From Eledone cirrhosa (taxonomy: Eukaryota): DNA of 64,000 nucleotides. The translations under genes and the position numbers were made by a program. The DNA lies in NCBI GenBank assembly GCA_964016885.1, contig OZ024741.1, forward strand, positions 405,480,001 to 405,544,000, written 5' to 3'. The notes under the pieces are model-generated. The model made no database searches, was not told where the DNA came from, and was given only the letters and a program-made list of their open reading frames with translations. Positions 40,201-55,200 of the stretch are shown here, piece after piece; positions within the stretch are counted from its first letter, which is position 1, and the number at the start of each line of letters is the position of its first letter.

Positions 40201-43200
40201 TAGGAACATTACAGTAGGTACATTATAGTAGCTACATTACAGTAGGTACATTATAGTAGGTGCATTACAGTAGGTTCATTACGGTAGGTATATTAGGTTA
40301 GGTACATTACAGTAGGTACATTACAGTAGGTACATTAGGTTAGGTACATTACAGTAGGTACATTAGAGTAGGTACATTACAGTAAGTTCATTGCAGTAGG
40401 GTACATTACAGTAGGGTACATTAGGTTAGGTACATTATAGTAGGTACATTAGGTTAGGTACATTACAGTAGGAACATTACAGTATGTACATTACAGTAGG
40501 TACATTAGGTTAGGTACATTACAGTAGGGTACATTAGGTTAGGTAAATTACAGTAGGTACATTAGGTAACGTACATTACAGTAGGTACACTACAGTATGT
40601 ACATTAGGTTAGGTACGTTACAGTAGGTACATACATTACAGTAGGTACATAAAGATAAGTACATTAAAGTAGGTATATTAGGTTAGCTACATTACATTGG
40701 GTACATTACAGTAGGTACATTATAGTAGGGAACATTAGGTGAGGTATATTACAGTAGGTACATTACAGTAGATACTTTACAGTAGGGTACATTAGGTTAG
40801 GTACATTACAGTAGGTACATTACGGTAGATACATTACAGTAGGTACATTACAATAGGTACATTACAGTAGGTTACATTAGGTTAGGTACATTACAATAGG
40901 TACATTACAGTATGTACATTACAGTAGGTACATTAGGTTAGGTACATTACAGTTGGTACATTAGGTTAGGTACATTACAGTAGGTACACTAAAGTAGGTA
41001 CATTAGGTTAGGTACATTACAGTAGGTACATACATTACAGTAGGTACATTACAATAGGGACATTACAGTAGATACTTTACAGTAGGGTACATTACGTTAG
41101 GTACATTACAGTAGATATATTACTGTAGGTACTTTACAGTAGGTACATTACAGTAGGGTACATTAGGTTAGGTACATTACAGAGGTACATTAGAGTAGGG
41201 TACATTACAGTAGGTACATTAGGTTAGTTATATTACAGTAGGTACATTACAGTATGTACATTATGTTAGGTACATTACAGTATGTACATTATATTAGGTA
41301 CATTCCAGTAGGTACACTACATTAGGTACATTAGGTTAGGTACGTTACAGTAGGTACATTAAGTTAGGTTCATTACAGTAGGTACATACATTACAGTAGG
41401 TACATTAAGTTAGGTACATTATCGTAGGTATATTAGGTTAGGTACATTACAGTAGGTACATTACAGTAGATATTTTAGAGTAGGGTACATTAGGTTAGAT
41501 ACATTACAGAAGGTACCTTACAGTTGATACATTACAGTAGGTACATTACAGTAGGTACATTATAGTGGGGAACATTAGGTCAGGTACATTACAGTAGATA
41601 CATTACAGTAGATACTTTACAGTAGGGTACATTAGGTTAGGTACATTACAGTAGGTACCTTACAGTAGATACATTACAGTAGGTACATTACAGTAGGTAT
41701 ATTACAGTATGTACATTACAGTAGGTACATTATGTTAGGTACATTACAGTAGGTACATTAGGTTAGGTACATTACAGTAGGTAAACTACAGTAGGTACAT
41801 TAGGTTAGGTATGTTACAGTAGGTACATACATTACAGTAGGTACATTAGGTTAGGTACGTTACAGGAGGGTACATTAGGTTAGGTACATTATAGTAGGTA
41901 CATTACAGTTGATACTTTACAGTAGGGTACATTAGGTTACGTACATTACAGTAGGTACATTACAGTAGATAGATTACAGTAGGTACTTTACAGTAGGTAC
42001 ATTACAGTAGGGTACATTAGGTTAGGTACATTACAGTAGGTACATTACAGTAGATACTTTACAGTAGGGTACATTAGGTTAGGTACATTACAGTTGGTAC
42101 ATTACAGTAGTTACATTACAGTAGGTACTTTACAGTAGGTACATTACAGTAGGGTACATTAGGTTAGGTACGTTACAGTAGGTACATTACAATAGGTACA
42201 TTAGGTTAGGTACGTTACACTAGGGTACATTACAGTAGTTACATTACAGTAGGTACATAACAGTATGTACATTACAGTAGGGTACATTACAGTAGGTACA
42301 TTACAGTAGGTAATTAATTTTGGTATATTACACTAGGGTACAATACAGTAGGTACATTACAATATGGTATATTACAGTAGGTACATTAGGTTAGGTACAT
42401 TACAGTAGGTACATTAGTTTAGTTATATTACAGTAGGTACATTACAGTAGGGTACATTACAGTTGGTGCATTAGAGTAGGTACATTACAGTAGGTACATT
42501 AGGTTAGGTATATTACAGTAGGTACATTAGGTTAGGTACATTACAATAGGTACATTGCAGTAGGTACATTGCAGTAGGTACATTACAGTAGGTACATTAG
42601 GTTAGGTACATTACAGTAGGTACATTAGGTTAGGTACATTACAGTAGGTACATCACAGTAAGTATATTAGGTTAGGTACATTACATTAGGGTACATTACA
42701 GTAGGGTACATTACAGTAGGTACATTAGGTTAGGTACATTACAGTAGGTACATTAGGTTAGGTACATTACCGTAGGTACATACATTACAGTAGGTACATT
42801 AAGTTAGGTACATTACAGTAGGTATATTAGGTTACGTACATTACAGTAGGTACGTTACAGTAGGTACATTATAGTAGGGAACATTAGGTTAGGTACATTA
42901 CAATAGGTACATTACAGTAGATACTTTACAGTAGGGTACATTAGGTAGGTACATTAGAGTAGGTACGTTACAGTAGATACATTACAGTAGGGACTTTACA
43001 GTAGGTACATTACAGTAGGGTACATTAGGTTAGGTACATTACAGAGCTACTTGCAGTAGGTAGATTACAGTACGTACATTACAGTAGATACTTTACAGTA
43101 GGGTACATTAGGTTAGGTACATTACAGTAGGGTATATTAGGTTAGATACATTACAGTAGGGTACATTAGGTTAGATACATTAGCTTAGGTACATTACAGT

Positions 43201-46200
43201 AGGTACATTACAGTAGGTACATTAGTTTAGGTACATTACAATAGGTACATTTCACTAGGTGCATTACAATAGAGTACATTACATTAGAAACATTACAATA
43301 GGTACATTAGTTTAGGTACATTACAGCAGGTACCTCACAGTAAGGACATTAGGTTAGGTACATTAGGTTAGATACATTACAGTAGGGTACATTACAGTAG
43401 GTACATTAGGTTAGGTACATTACAGTAGGAACATTACAGTAGGTACCTTATAGTAGCTACATTACAGTAGGTACATTATAGTAGGTGCATTACAGTAGGT
43501 TCATTACAGTAGGTATATTAGGTTAGGTGCATTACAGTAGGTACATTACAGTAGGTACATTAGGTTAGGTACATTACAGTAGGTACATTACAGTAGGTAC
43601 ATTACAGTAAGTTCATTGCAGTAGGGTACATTACAGTAGGGTACATTAGGTTAGGTACATTATACTAGGTACATTAGGTTAGGTACATTACAGTAGGTAC
43701 ATTAGGTTAGGTACATTACAGTAGGTACATTACAGTATGTACATTACAGTAGGTACATTAGGTTAGGTACATTACAGTAGGGTACATTAGGTTATGTACA
43801 TTACAATAGGTACATTACAGTAGGTACATTAGGTTAGGTAAACAGTAGGAACATTACAGTAGGTACATTATAGTAGGTGCATTACAGTAGGTTCATTACA
43901 GTAGGTATATTAGGTTAGGTGCATTACAGTAGGTACATTATAGTAGGTGCATTACAGTAGGTTCATTACAGTAGGTATATTAGATTAGGTGCATTACAGT
44001 AGGTACATTACAGTAGGTACATTAGGTTAGGTACATTACAGTAGGTACATTACAGTAGGTACATTACAGTAAGTTCATTGCAGTAGGGTACATTACAGTA
44101 GGGTACATTAGGTTAGGTACATTATACTAGGTACATTAGGTTAGGTACATTACAGTAGGTACATTAGGTTAGGTACATTACAGTAGGTACATTACAGTAT
44201 GTACATTACAGTAGGTACATTAGCTTAGGTACATTACAGTAGGGTACATTAGTTTATGGACATTACAATAGGTACATTACAGTAGGTACATTAGGTTAGG
44301 TAAATTACAGTAGGTACATTAGGTTAGGTACATTACAGTAGGTACACTACAGTAGGTACATTAGGTTAGGTACGTTACAGTAGGTACATATATTACAGTA
44401 GGTACATTACAGTAGGTACATTATAGTAGGGAACATTAGGTGAGGTATATTACAGTAGGTACATTACAGTAGATACATTACAGTAGGTACATTACAGTAG
44501 GTACATTACAGTAGGTTACATTAGGTAAGGTACATTACAGTTGGTACATTAGGTTAGGTACATTACAGTAGGTACACTACAGTAGGTACATTAGTTTAGG
44601 TACGTTACCGTAGGTACATTAGGTTAGGTTTATTACAGTAGGTACATTACAGTATGTACATTATGTTAGGTACATTACAGTAGGTACATTATATTAGGTA
44701 CATTACAGTAGGTACACTACATTAGGTTAATTTGGTTAGGTACGTTACAGTAGGTACATTAGGTTAGGTTCATTACAGTAGGTACATACATTACAGTAGG
44801 TACATACATTACAGTAGGTACATTAAGTTACGTACATTATAGTAGGTATATTAGGTTAGGTACATTACAGTAGGTACATTACAGTAGGTACGTTATAGTA
44901 GGGAACATTAGGCTAGGTACAGTACAGTAGCTACATTACAGTAGATATTTTACAGTAGGGTACGTTAGGTTAGGTACATTACAGTAGGTACCTTACAGTT
45001 GATACATTACAGTAGGTACATTACACTAGGTACATTACAGTAGGTTACATTAGGTTAGGTACATCACAGTAGGTATATTACAGTATGTACATTACAGTAG
45101 GTAAATTAGGTTAGGTACATTACAGCAGGTACTTTAGGTTAGGTACATTACAGTAGGTAAACAACAGTAGGTACATTAGGTTAGGTACATTACAGTAGGT
45201 ACATACATTACAGTAGGTACATTAGGTTAGGTATATTATAGTAAATATATTAGGTTAGGTACATTACAGTAGGTACATTACAGTAGATACTTTACAGTAG
45301 GGTACATTAGGTTAGGTACATTACAGTAGGTACATTACAGTAGATACATTACAGTAGGGTACATTACAGTAGGTACATTAGGTTAGGTACATTACAGTAG
45401 GTACATTACAATATGTACATTATAGTAGGGAACATTAGGTTAGGTACATTACAGTAGGTACATTACAGTAGATACTGTACATTAGGGTACATTAGGTTAG
45501 GTACATTACAGTAGGGTACATTACCGTAGCTACATTACAGTAGGGTACATTACAGTAGGTACATTAGGTTAGGTACATTACAGTAGGTACATTACAATAT
45601 GTACATTACAGTAGGGTACATTAGGTTAGGTACATTGCAATAGGTACATTACAATAGGTACATTACAGTAGGTACATTATTGTAGGGGACATTAGGTCAG
45701 GTACATTACAGTAGGTAGATTACAGTAGATACTTTACAGTAGGGTACATTAGGTAAGGTACATTACAGTAGGTACCTTACAGAAGATAGATTACAGTAGG
45801 TACATTACAGTAGGTATATTACAGTATGTACATTACAGTAGGTACATTATGTTAGATACATTACAGTAGGTACATTAGGTTAGGTACATTAGGTCATGTA
45901 TATTACAGTAGGGTACATTACAGTAGGTACATTACTGTAGGGTACATTACAGTAGGTACATTAGGTTAGGTACATTAGGTTAGGTATATTACAGTAGGGT
46001 ACATTACAGTAGGTACATTACAGTAGGGTACATTACAGTAGGTACATTACAGTAGGGTACATTACAGTAGGAACATTACAGTAGGGTAGATTATAGTAGG
46101 TACATTACAGTAGGTAATTAGGTTAGGAATATTACACTAGGGTACATTACAGTAGGTACATTACAATATGGTATATTACAGTAGGTACATTAGGTTAGGT

Positions 46201-49200
46201 CCATTACAGTAGGTACATTAGTTTAGGTATATTACAGTAGGTACATTACAGTAGGGTACATTACAGTAGGTGCATTAGAGTAGGTACATTACTGTAGGTA
46301 CATTAGGTTAGGTATATTACAGTAGGTACATTAGGTTAGGTACATTACAGTAGGTACATTGCAGTAGGTACATTATAGTAGGTACATTAGGTTAGGTACA
46401 TTACGGTAGGTACATTACAGCAGGTACATCACAGTAAGTATATTAGGTTAGGTACATTACAGTAGGGTATATTACAGTAGGGTACATTACAGTAGGGTAC
46501 ATTACAGTAGGGTACATTACAGTAGGGTACATTACAGTAGGTACATTATTTTAGGTACATTACAGTAGGTACATTAGGTTAGGTACATTACCGTAGGTAC
46601 ACTACAGTAGGTACATTATGTTAAGTACGTTACACTAGGTACATTAGGTTAGATTCATTACAGTAGGTACATACATTACAGTAGGTACATTAAGTTAGGT
46701 ACATTAGAGTAGGGTACATTAGGTTAGGTACATTACAGTAGGTACATTACAGTAGATACATTACAGTAGGTACTTTACAGTAGGTACATTACAGTAGGGT
46801 ACATTAGGTTAGGTACATTACAGAGGTACTTACAGTAGGTAGATTACAGTAGGTACATTACAGTAGATACTTTACAGTAGGGTACATTAGGTTAGGTACA
46901 TTACAGTAGGGTACATTAGGTTAGGTACATTAGTGTAGGTACATTAGCTTAGGTACATTACAGTAGGTACATAACGGTAGATACATTACAGGAGGGTACA
47001 TTAGGTTAGGTACATTAGAGTAGGTACATTACAATAGGTACATCAAAGTAGGTACATTACAGTAGGTACATTATGTTAGGTACATTACACTAGGTACATT
47101 AGGTTAGGTACATTACACTAGGTACATTACAGTAGGTACATTACAGTAGGGTACATTACAACAGGTATATTACAGTAGGGTACATTGTAGTATGGTACAT
47201 TAGGTTAGGTACATTACAGTAGTGTACATTAGGTTAGATACATTAGCTTAAGTACATTACAGTAGGTACATTAGGTTAGGTACATTACACTAGGCACATA
47301 GCACTAGGTACATTACAATAGGGTACATTACATTAGAAACATTACAGTAGGTACATTAGTTTAGGTACATTTCAGCAGGTACCTCACAGTAAGGACATTA
47401 GGTTAGGTACATTACAGTAGGAACATTACAGTAGGTACACTATAGTAGCTACATTACAGTAGGTACATTATAGTAGGTGCATTACAGTAGGTTCATTACA
47501 GTAGGTATATTAGGTTAGGTACATTACAGTAGGTACATTAAGTTAGGTACATTACAGTAGGTACATTACAGTAGGTACATTACAGTAAGATCATTGCAGT
47601 AGGGTACATTACAGTAGGATACATTAGGTTAGGTACATTATAGTATGTACATTACAGTAGGTACATTAGGTTAGGTACATTACAGTAGGGTACATTAGGT
47701 TATGTACATTACAATAGGTACATTACAGTAGGTACATTAGGTTAGGTAAATTACAGTAGGTACATTAGGTTAGGTACGTTACACTAGGTACATACATTAC
47801 AGTAGGTACATTAAGATAAGTACATTAAAGTAGGTATATTAGGTTAGCTACATTACAGTCGGTACATTACAGTAGGTACATTACAGTAGGTACATTAGGT
47901 TAGGTACATTACAGTTGGTACATTAGGTTAGGTACATTACAGTAGGTACACTACAGTAGGTACATTAGGTTAGGTACTTTACAGTAGGTACATTAGATTA
48001 GGTTCATTACAGTAGGTACATTACAATAGGTATATTACAGTAGATACTGTACAGTAGGGTACATTAGGTTAGGTACATTACAGAGGTACATTAGAGTAGG
48101 GTACATTACAGTAGGTACATTAGGTTAGGTACATTACAGTAGGTACATTAGTTTAGGTTCATTACAGTAGGTACATACATTACAGTAGGAACATTAAGTT
48201 AGGTACATTATAGTAGGTATATAGGTTAGGTACATTACATTAGGTACATTACAGTATGTACATTACAGTAGGTACATTAGACTAGGTACATTACAGTAGG
48301 TACATTAGGTTAGGTACATAGAGGTAGGTACACTACAGTAGGTACGTTAGGTTAGGTACATAGAGGTAGGTACACTATAGTAGGTACAGTACAGTAGGTA
48401 CATTATAGTAAGGAACATTAAGTTAGGTACATTACAATAGGTACATTACAGTAGATACTTTACAGTAGGGTACATTAAGTTAGGTACATTACAGTAGTTA
48501 CGTTACAGTAGATACATTACAGTAGGTACTTTACTGTAGGTAAATTACAGTAGGGTACATTAGGTTAGGTACATTACAGAGATACATTAGAGTAGGTACA
48601 TTACAGTAGGTACATTAGGTTAGGTAAATTACAGCAGGTACCTCACAGTAAGTACATTAGGTTAGGTACATTAGGTGAGGTATATTACAGTAGGGTACAT
48701 TACAGTAGGTATATTACAGTAGTGTACATTACAGTAGGTACATTAGGTTAGGTACATTACACTAGGTACATTTCAGTAGGTACATTACAGTAGGGTACAT
48801 TTTAACAGGTATATTACAGTAGGGTACATTACAGTATGGTTCATTAGGTTACGTACATTACAGTAGGTACATTATAGTAGGGAACATTAGGTTAGGTACA
48901 TTACAATAGGTACATTACAGTAGATATTTTACAGTAGGGTACATTATGTTAGGTACATTACAGTAGGTACATTACAGTAGGTACTTTACAGTAGGTACAT
49001 TACAGTAGGGTACATTAGGTTAGGTACATTACAGAGGTACATTAGAGTGGGTACATTACAGTAGGTACATTAGGTTAGGTACATTACAGCAGGTACCTCA
49101 CAGTAAGTAAATTAGGTTAGGTACATTAGGTTAGGTATATTACAGTAGGGTACATTACAGTAGGTACATTACAGTAGGGTACTTTACAGTAGGTACATTA

Positions 49201-52200
49201 GGTTAGTTACATTACAGTAGGTACATTACAGTATGTACATTACAGTAGGTACATTAGCTTAGGTACATTACATTAGGCTACATTAGGTTTGGTACATTAC
49301 AATAGGTACATTACAGTAGGTACATTAGGTTAGGTACATTACAGTAGGTACTTTACAGTAGGTACATTAGGATAGGTACATTACAGTAGGTACATTAGGT
49401 TAGGTACATTACAATAGGTACATACATTACAGTAGGTACATTAAGTTAGTTACATTATAGTAGGTATATTAGGTTAGGTACATTACATTAGGTAAATTAT
49501 AGTAGGGAACATTAGGTTAGGTACATTACAATAGGTACATTACAGTAGATACTTTACAGTAGGGTACATTATGTTAGGTACATTACAGTAGGTACATTAC
49601 AGTAGATACATTACAGTAGGTACTTTACCGTAGATACATTACAGTAGGGTACATTAGGTTAGGTACATTACAGAGTTACGTTAGAGTAGGTACATTAGGT
49701 TAGGTACATTACAGCAAGTACCTCACAGTAAGTACATTAGGTTAGGTACATTAGGTTAGGTATATTACAGTAGGGTACATTACAGTAGGTACATTACAGT
49801 AGGGTAATTACAGTAGGTACATTAGGTTAGGTACATTACAGTAGGTACATTAGTTTAGGTACATTACAGAGGTACATTAGAGTAGTTACATTACAGTAGG
49901 TACATTAGGTTAGGTACAATACAGCAAGTACCTCACAGTAAGTACATTAGGTTAGGTACATTAGGTTAGTTACATTAGGTTAGGTACATTACAGTAGGGT
50001 ACATTACAGTAGGTACATTACCGTAGGGTACATTACAGTAGGTACATTAGGTTAGGTACATTAGGTTAGGTACATTAGGTTAGGTACATTACAGTAGGGT
50101 ACATTACAGTAGGTACATTACCGTAGGGTACATTACGGTAGGTACATTAGGTTAGGTACATTACAGTAGGAACATTACAGTAGGGTACATTATAGTAGGT
50201 TCATTACAGTAGATACATTAGGTTAGGTATATTACAGTAGGTACATTAGTTTAGGTACATTACAGTAGGGTACATTAGGTTAGGTACATTACAGTAGGTA
50301 CATTACAGTAGGTACATTAGGTTAGGTACATTACAGTAGGTACATTACAGTAGGTACATTACAGTAGGGTACATTAGGTTAGGTACATTACACTAGGTAC
50401 ATTAGGTTAGGTACATTACCGTAGGTATATTACAGTAGGTATATTAGGTTAGGTACATTACATTAGGTTCATTACAGTAGGTACATACATTAGAGTAGGT
50501 GCATTAAGTTAGGTACATTATAGTAGGTATACATTACAGTAGGTACATTAAAGTAGATACATTATAGTAGGGTACATTAGGTTAGATACATTACAGTAGA
50601 TACATTACAGCAGGGTACATTAGGTTTGGTACATTACACTAGGTACATTAGTTTAGGTACATTACAGTAGGTTCATTACTGTAGGGTTCTTTACCACAGG
50701 TATATTACTGTAGGGTACATTACAGTAGGTACATTACAGTAGGTACATTACAGTAGGGTACATTAGGTTAGGTACATTACAGTACGTACATTAGGTTAGG
50801 TACATTACACTAGGTACATTAGGTTAGCTACATTACAGTAGGTACATTAAAGTAGGGTACATTACAACAGGTATATTACAGTAGGGTACATTACACTATA
50901 CTACATTAGGTTAGGTACATTACAGTACGTACATTAGGTTAGATACATTACACTAGGGTACATTAGGTTAGATACATTAGATTAGGTACATTACAGTAGG
51001 TACATTATGTTAGGTACATTACAGTAGGTACATTACAGTAGGTACATTACATTAGGTACATTAGATTAGGTACATTACAGTAGGTACATTACAGTAGGTA
51101 CATTAGGTTAGGTACATTACACTAGGTACATTAGGTTAGGTACATTACCGTAGGTATATTACAGTAGGTACATTAGGTTAGGTACATTACATTAGGTTCA
51201 TTACAGTAGGTACATACATTACAGTAGGTGCATTAAGTTAGGTACATTATAGTAGGTATACATTACAGTAGGTACATTAAAGTAGATACATTATAGTAGG
51301 GTACATTAGGTTAGATACATTACAGTAGGTACATTACAGTAGATACATTATAGTAGGGTACATTTAGGTTAGGTACATTACAGTAGGTACATTACAATAG
51401 GTACATTACAGTAGGGTGCATTACTGTAGGTACATTAGGTTAGGTACGTTACAGTGGGTACATTACAATAGGTACATTAGGTCAGGTACGTTACAGTAGG
51501 GTACATTACATTAGGTAAATTACAGTAGGTACAGTGCAGTGGGTACATTACAGTAGGTACATTACAGTAGGTACATTACAGCAGGGTACATTAGGTTTGG
51601 TACATTACACTAGGTACATTAGTTTAGGTACATTACAGTAGGTTCATTACTGTAGGGTTCTTTACCACAGGTATATTACAGTAGGGTACATTACAGTAGG
51701 TACATTACAGTAGGTACATTAGAGTAGGGTACATTAGGTTAGGTACATTACAGTACGTACATTAGGTTAGGTACATTACACTAGGTACATTAGGTTAGCT
51801 ACATTACAGTAGGTACATTAAAGTAGGGTACATTACAACAGGTATATTACAGTAGGGTACTTTACACTATACTACATTAGGTTAGGTACATTACAGTAGG
51901 TACATTAGGTTAGATACATTAGATTAGGTACATTACAGTAGGTACATTATGTTAGGTACATTACAGTAGGTACATTACAGTAGGTACATTACATTAGGTA
52001 CATTAGATTAGGTACATTACAGTAGGTACATTACAGTAGGTACATTACAGTAGGGTACATTAGCTTAGGTACATTATAGTAGGTACATTACAGTAAGGTA
52101 CATTACAGTAAGGTACATTACAGTATGTACAGTATAGTAGGGTACATTAGATTAGGTACACTATAGTAGGTACATTACAGTAGGGTACATTACACTAGGT

Positions 52201-55200
52201 ACAGTACAGTAGGTAATTAGGTTAGGTACATTACAGTTGGTAAATTACAGTATGGCACATTACAGTAGGTGCATAACAGTACGGTAAATTAGGTTAGGCA
52301 CTTTACAGTAGGTACATTAGGTTAGGTACATTACAGAGGTACATTAGAGTAGGTACATTACAGTAGGTACATTACAGTAGGTACATTAGGTTAGGTACAT
52401 TACAGTAGGGTACATTACAGTAGGTACATTACAGTAGGTACATTAGGTTAGGTACATCACAGTTGGAACATTACAGTAGGAACATTATAGAAGGGTACAT
52501 TAGTTTAGGTACATTACAGTAGGTACATTGCAATATGTACATTACAGTAGGTGCATTACAGTAGGTACATTAGTTTAGGTACGTTACAGTAAGTATATTA
52601 CAATAGGTACATTAGGTTAGCTAGTTACAGTAGGGTACATTACAGTAGGTACATTACAGTAGGTACATTACAGTAGGGACATTACAGTAGGTACATTACA
52701 GTAGGGTAAATTACAGTAGGTACATTACAGTAGTTACATTACAGTATGTACATTACAGTAGTGTACATTAGGTTAGGTACATTACACTAGGTACATTACA
52801 CTAGGTACATTACAGTCGGTACATTACTGTAGGGTACATTACGTTAGGTATATTACAGTAGGGTAGAGTAGGTTAGATATATTAGCTTAGGTACATTACA
52901 GTAGGTATATTATGTTAGGTACATTACAGTAGGTACATTACAGTAGGGTACATTAGGTTAGGTACATTACAGTAGGTACATTACAGTAGATACATTACAG
53001 TAGGTACTTTACAGTAGATACATTACAGTAGGGTACATTAGGTTAGGTACATTACAGAGGTACATTAGAGTAGGTACATTACAGTAGGTACATTAGGTTA
53101 GGTACATTACAGCAAGTACCTCACAGTAAGTACATTAGGTTAGGTACATTAAGTTAGGTATATTACAGTAGGGTACATTACAGTATGTACATTACAGTAG
53201 GGTAATTACAGAAGGTACATTAGGTTAGGTACATTACAGTAGGTACATTAGTTTAGGTACATTACAGAGGTACATTAGAGTAGGTACATTACAGTAGGTA
53301 CATTAGGTTAGGTACATTACAGCAAGTACCTCACAGTAAGTACATTAGGTTAGGTACATTAGGTTAGGTACATTACAGTAGGGTACATTACAGTAGGTAC
53401 ATTACCGTAGGGTACATTACAGTAGGTACATTAGGTTAGGTACATTAGGTTAGGTACATTACAGTAGGGTACATTACAGTAGGTACATTACCGTAGGCTA
53501 CATTACGGTAGGTACATTAGGTTAGGTACATTACAGTAGGAACATTACAGTAGGGTACATTATAGTAGGTACATTACAGTAGATACATTAGGTTAGGTAT
53601 ATTACAGTAGGTACATTAGTTTAGGTACATTACAGTAGGGTACATTAGGTTAGGTACATTACAGTAGGTACATTACAGTAGGTACATTACAGTAGGTACA
53701 TTAGGTTAGGTACATTACAGTAGGTACATTACAGTAGGTACATTACATTAAGTTCATTGCAGTAGGGTATATTACAGTAGGGTACATTAGGTTAGGTACA
53801 TTACACTAGGTACATTAGGTTAGGTACATTACCGTAGGTATATTACAGTAGGTACATTAGGTTAGGTACATTACATTAGGTTCATTACAGTAGGTACCTA
53901 CATTACAGTAGGTGCATTAAGTTAGGTACATTATAGTAGGTATACATTACAGTAGGTACATTAAAGTAGATACATTATAGTAGGGTACATTAGGTTAGAT
54001 ACATTACAGTAGGTACATTACAGTAGATACATTATAGTAGGGTACATTTAGGTTAGGTACATTACAGTAGGTACATTACAATAGGTACATTACAGTAGGG
54101 TGCATTACTGTAGGTACATTAGTTTAGGTACGTTACAGTGGGTACATTACAGTAGGTACATTAGGTCAGGTACGTTACAGTAGGGTACATTACATTAGGT
54201 AAATTACAGTAGGTACAGTGCAGTGGGTACATTACAGTAGGCACATTACAGTAGGGTTATTACAGTAGGTACATTACAGTAGGTACATTACAGTAGGTAC
54301 ATCACAGCAGGGTACATTAGGTTTGGTACATTACACTAGGTACATTAGTTTAGGTACATTACAGTAGCTTCATTACTGTAGGGTTCTTTACCACAGGTAT
54401 ATTACAGTAGGGTACATTACAGTAGGTACATTACAGTAGGTACATTACAGTAGGGTACATTAGGTTAGGTACATTACATTACGTACATTAGGTTAGGTAC
54501 ATTACACTAGGTACATTAGGTTAGCTACATTACAGTAGGTACATTAAAGTAGGGTACATTACAACAGGTATATTACAGTAGGGTACATTACACTATACTA
54601 CATTAGGTTAGGTACATTACAGTAGGTACATTAGATTAGATACATTACACTAGGGTACATTAGGTTAGATACATTAGATTAGGTGCATTACAGTAGGTAC
54701 ATTATGTTAGGTACATTACAGTAGGTACATTACAGTAGGTACATTACATTAGGTACATTAGATTAGGTACATTACAGTAGGTACATTACAGTAGGTACAT
54801 TACAGTAGGGTACATTAGCTTAGGTACATGATAGTAGGTACATTACAGTAAGGTACATTACAGTAAGGTACATTACAGTATGTACAGTATAGTAGGGTAC
54901 ATTAGATTAGGTACATTATAGTAGGTACATTACAGTAGGGTACATTACACTAGGTACAGTACAGTAGGTAATTAGGTTAGGTACATTACAGTTGGTACAT
55001 TACAGTATGGTACATTACAGTAGGTGCATAACAGTACGGTAAATTAGGTTAGGCACTTTACAGTAGGTACATTAGGTTAGGTACATTACAGAGGTACATT
55101 AGATTAGGTACATTACAGTAGGTACATTAGGTTAGGTACATTACAGTAGCGTACATTACAGTAGGTACATTACAGTAGGTACATTAGGTTAGGTACATCA

